A stretch of 62,147 nucleotides of DNA from a virus. The translations under genes were made by a program, and so were the position numbers. Location of the stretch: IMG/VR virus record IMGVR_UViG_3300015203_000002, positions 1 through 62,147 of that record; one strand, written 5' to 3'. Shown one piece after another: positions 59,779 to 62,147 of this stretch (its first letter is position 1; the number at the start of each line of letters is the position of its first letter). The notes beneath the pieces were generated by a model, which made no database searches, was not told the DNA's origin, and saw only the letters and a program-made list of their open reading frames with translations.

Positions 59779-61220
59779 TGACTCCTCCCTAGAAATGGAC
59801 TGGGCTTCGGTACAGGGGGTTGACCGGGTTGCTGTGTGGGTGGCATGAGCGCTTGCTTCTGTAACATCTGTGCCGTCGCCTTGGCTGTCTCTGCGTCGTT
59901 CTTCTCTACTTCCTCGGCGGGATTATATCCTAATTCACTTTGCAAAGTTTCATTCGAAATCCCGAGCGTTTGTTTTCCCTGTGCTACCTGTATCGACTCT
60001 AAATCGTTGGATGGGAGACTATCTTGCCATTTGAGGCTAATCATGATATCAGGCGAGAACCCACCAAGTACCAATAGTGCCTTACTCACATCAATAATAA
60101 GCTTACCATAGAGACACCGTTTCTTGTCAGTCTTTTGTGTCGTGGGCAGAAACATCAGTTCCATGGTCGTGGTACTCACTTGACGCGGCACTTCTTCGAT
60201 GCGTCCAAGCGCGGCACTACTCACTCCACTGGTTTCGTTCATATGAGATCGCAAGTCACCAGCAAAGGTGATGGCATTGGCAAGGTCGGATGTGATCGAC
60301 ACCGCAACGATCTTGCTCTCTGTGGTGGGCAGGCCAATGATTTTGCCGGGTTTGATCGCAATGCTACTCTCAGCAACCCCGGTCGCGTAGATGATCGGTT
60401 GACCGTAGATGAGTTGTACGAGGTTGGAGCAAGACAAGGAGAGGTTCAACGCCTTATTCATGGCGATGAGATCAGGGGTGATGTCCGACTCTCCCCAGAA
60501 GCTATTCGGGCGTGGGAGGTTCTTGTTACTGAAGATGGGAGGGAACGCATGATCCCACACAATCGCATCCTTATCGGCTGGTGTCCATGCGCCGGTATCG
60601 CCCACCCGTGTCCAGTGTTGGATTGACCATGTGTCATCGTCATCAGGAGCACCAATGAGCGCCTCACCATCAGGGTCAAGGCGTTGTATCTCCTCACGAT
60701 AGAACACTTGTACGTGTTTGCCGTCAATCTTCTCCATCACGCTATATTCGATGCAATAGAGGAGCACCGTCTCACAATCTTGCGGCGCGGTCTGGACAAA
60801 CACAATTGAAGGGTCAACCGTTACCAGCCGAAACTGTGTGCCCGCCTTATCAGGAACGATACGTAGGAACGCACGTGAGGCGGCTGCACCGTTATAGGCA
60901 AGGTCTTGTAACAGAGGGAGGCGACTCTCATTTGTGCCCCAAATCTCCTCTAGGAACGTTTGCGCGGCGGGTGGATCATGCTCACCGATGAGGATACCGA
61001 CCGGTTTGCCAAACAAGAAATTGACACCGCAATCGACAATAGGGCCGCAACGATTCGGGCATACGTTGGGGTCAATGCCTTCTGGTGTCTTTTGTAGTGG
61101 AGGTGGCAAGAGGCCGTCAATCGCTTGCCACGCATCGGCAATAACCTGTTGACGTTTACGATCATCAGGGGTGATCTCATACATTGGCTGTACTGCTTGT
61201 GTGGGTGCTGCTAGTGGCAT
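59775..61220 (-). CDS. Portal protein
   Basis: 481 aa, downstream of the terminase. Size and position are typical. Confidence 0.75.
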   Translation of the reverse strand: MPLAAPTQAVQPMYEITPDDRKRQQVIADAWQAIDGLLPPPLQKTPEGIDPNVCPNRCGPIVDCGVNFLFGKPVGILIGEHDPPAAQTFLEEIWGTNESRLPLLQDLAYNGAAASRAFLRIVPDKAGTQFRLVTVDPSIVFVQTAPQDCETVLLYCIEYSVMEKIDGKHVQVFYREEIQRLDPDGEALIGAPDDDDTWSIQHWTRVGDTGAWTPADKDAIVWDHAFPPIFSNKNLPRPNSFWGESDITPDLIAMNKALNLSLSCSNLVQLIYGQPIIYATGVAESSIAIKPGKIIGLPTTESKIVAVSITSDLANAITFAGDLRSHMNETSGVSSAALGRIEEVPRQVSTTTMELMFLPTTQKTDKKRCLYGKLIIDVSKALLVLGGFSPDIMISLKWQDSLPSNDLESIQVAQGKQTLGISNETLQSELGYNPAEEVEKNDAETAKATAQMLQKQALMPPTQQPGQPPVPKPSPFLGRSQ

Positions 61221-61465
61221 TCTGGTACCTCATGCTCTCTTCGACACTGTGCACAATAGACCTCGTCTTGTGTGTGTACGTCAAAGTACTGATGTATACA
61301 TGCCTGAGAACAAAATACCTGCGATTCCTTTGCAAGGATGCTTTTGCCACGATAGACCTGATACCAGTCATCGGGTACGTACGTGTCGAAAAAAATGGCG
61401 TGTGGAGGAGCGTCAAGATAGTGCTCTTTCCCGCAGTGATCACATCGTATCCCGTTTATTCTCAT
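61211..61465 (-). CDS. Small Zn-ribbon protein (84 aa)
   Basis: Start MRINGIRCDHCGKEH lies 7 nt after GAGGAGG. Also CSQAC and CAQCRREHEVPEC. Confidence 0.5.
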   Translation of the reverse strand: MRINGIRCDHCGKEHYLDAPPHAIFFDTYVPDDWYQVYRGKSILAKESQVFCSQACIHQYFDVHTQDEVYCAQCRREHEVPECH

Positions 61466-61631
61466 GCTGTACCTCCTCTCGTGATGTACCCTCAAGTGTA
61501 AATGCCCACTCGACATGGATATCACGGTGTTGCTGCATAAAACCGTGTATCTCGACAATCAGGTGTTTATGCAACCGATAACGGAATTCATCGATAGCGT
61601 GCTGCTGGTCATGTGTAAGTGGTTGTTGCAT
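61440..61631 (-). CDS. Hypothetical protein (63 aa)
   Basis: Its ATG lies 1 nt after the terL stop (TAAcATG). Confidence 0.45.
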   Translation of the reverse strand: MQQPLTHDQQHAIDEFRYRLHKHLIVEIHGFMQQHRDIHVEWAFTLEGTSREEVQHENKRDTM

Positions 61632-61632
61632 G

Positions 61633-62147
61633 TTAATACACCCTTTGCGAGTAGGCGATGGTAGACGGCTTTAAATCAAATTGTGCGATCAGGTAGCGTA
61701 GTGCGTCTAAACCATCATCACACTCTTTGAGCGGGGCTTCTCCATGTTTTGCGCCGTTACGGGTATCCCACACGTACCCATCAGGCTCATCCTCTAGGCA
61801 CGTGGGTTGTTTGCGCTCCATCAGATCACGGTCACGTTCCACCAAGCAATCACGAAAGATCATCACGCGAGGCTTGCCGTTACCCGCATCCTTGAAGCGT
61901 GAGGCAACGGCTTGTAACCCACCACTCACATTCTTGTGTGCTGGTATCGTGCGTAGTCCTACATGCCGCTCAAGCGTTGCTCTATCCTCTGCGTCGTGAT
62001 CACAAATAAGTAAGCGCGGCAAGGGATCACCGCCTGACTCTCCCCATCGTGATACCCGGCGTATCTCTTTGGCGTGATCCTCCACCAGCGTCTTTGTTTT
62101 GTAGATTTGGCGATAGATATACAAGCGCCCATCATTGTCCATAGCCG
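61633..62147 (-). CDS. terL: Terminase large subunit, C-terminal nuclease part (joins 1..946 across the junction)
   Basis: RLLICDHDAEDRATLERH...ECDDGLDALRYLIAQ is typical of a terminase nuclease domain. In frame with 946..1. Confidence 0.9.
   Translation of the reverse strand, partial: AMDNDGRLYIYRQIYKTKTLVEDHAKEIRRVSRWGESGGDPLPRLLICDHDAEDRATLERHVGLRTIPAHKNVSGGLQAVASRFKDAGNGKPRVMIFRDCLVERDRDLMERKQPTCLEDEPDGYVWDTRNGAKHGEAPLKECDDGLDALRYLIAQFDLKPSTIAYSQRVY
62049..62147. repeat. Terminal direct overlap, identical to 1..99
   Basis: See 1..99. Confidence 0.95.

Overview
The window is a complete, circularly closed genome of a tailed dsDNA phage, possibly a phage-plasmid. Bases 1-99 are identical to 62049-62147, so the unique sequence is 62,048 bp, and the large-terminase gene is split across the artificial ends. 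There are four arms. (1) A minus-strand late arm runs 1404->1 and then 62048->43162. It holds TerS, TerL, portal, a block of small accessory genes including YopX, scaffold, HK97-type major capsid, connector, head-closure, gp10-like and tail-terminator proteins, major tail protein, a G/T-like chaperone pair, a 1036-aa tape measure with a lytic-transglycosylase motif, tail-tip and fibre genes, and a cysteine-peptidase endolysin. The tail module looks siphovirus-like. (2) A mosaic at 37.4-43.1 kb holds an LL-H-type holin, a membrane-anchored coiled-coil protein, a secreted sedolisin (S53)-like protease, and two homologous promoter-cargo-terminator cassettes of small Zn-finger/HTH proteins. (3) A plus-strand early arm at 21.7-37.3 kb holds many small ORFs, a Rad52-like annealase, a SWIM protein, a DUF488-like protein, a small serine recombinase, RHH and excisionase-type HTH proteins, and several minus-strand islands. 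(4) A minus-strand early/replication arm runs 21.2->1.8 kb. It holds an ECF-type sigma factor, an XRE switch, a replication initiator with internal iterons, DnaB, an FtsK/TraB-like translocase with a DUF2637-like membrane partner, an SNF2 helicase, an HNH endonuclease, and two DNA methyltransferases, one of them fused to a ParB-like domain. Near-consensus sigma70-type promoters (TTGACA-17-TATAAT) and GGAGG-type ribosome-binding sites are readable throughout. I saw no tRNA, rRNA, CRISPR array, tyrosine integrase or large serine integrase. All product calls come from reading motifs by eye, with no searches run. Start codons of many small ORFs are my own choices based on RBS and operon coupling and may be off.
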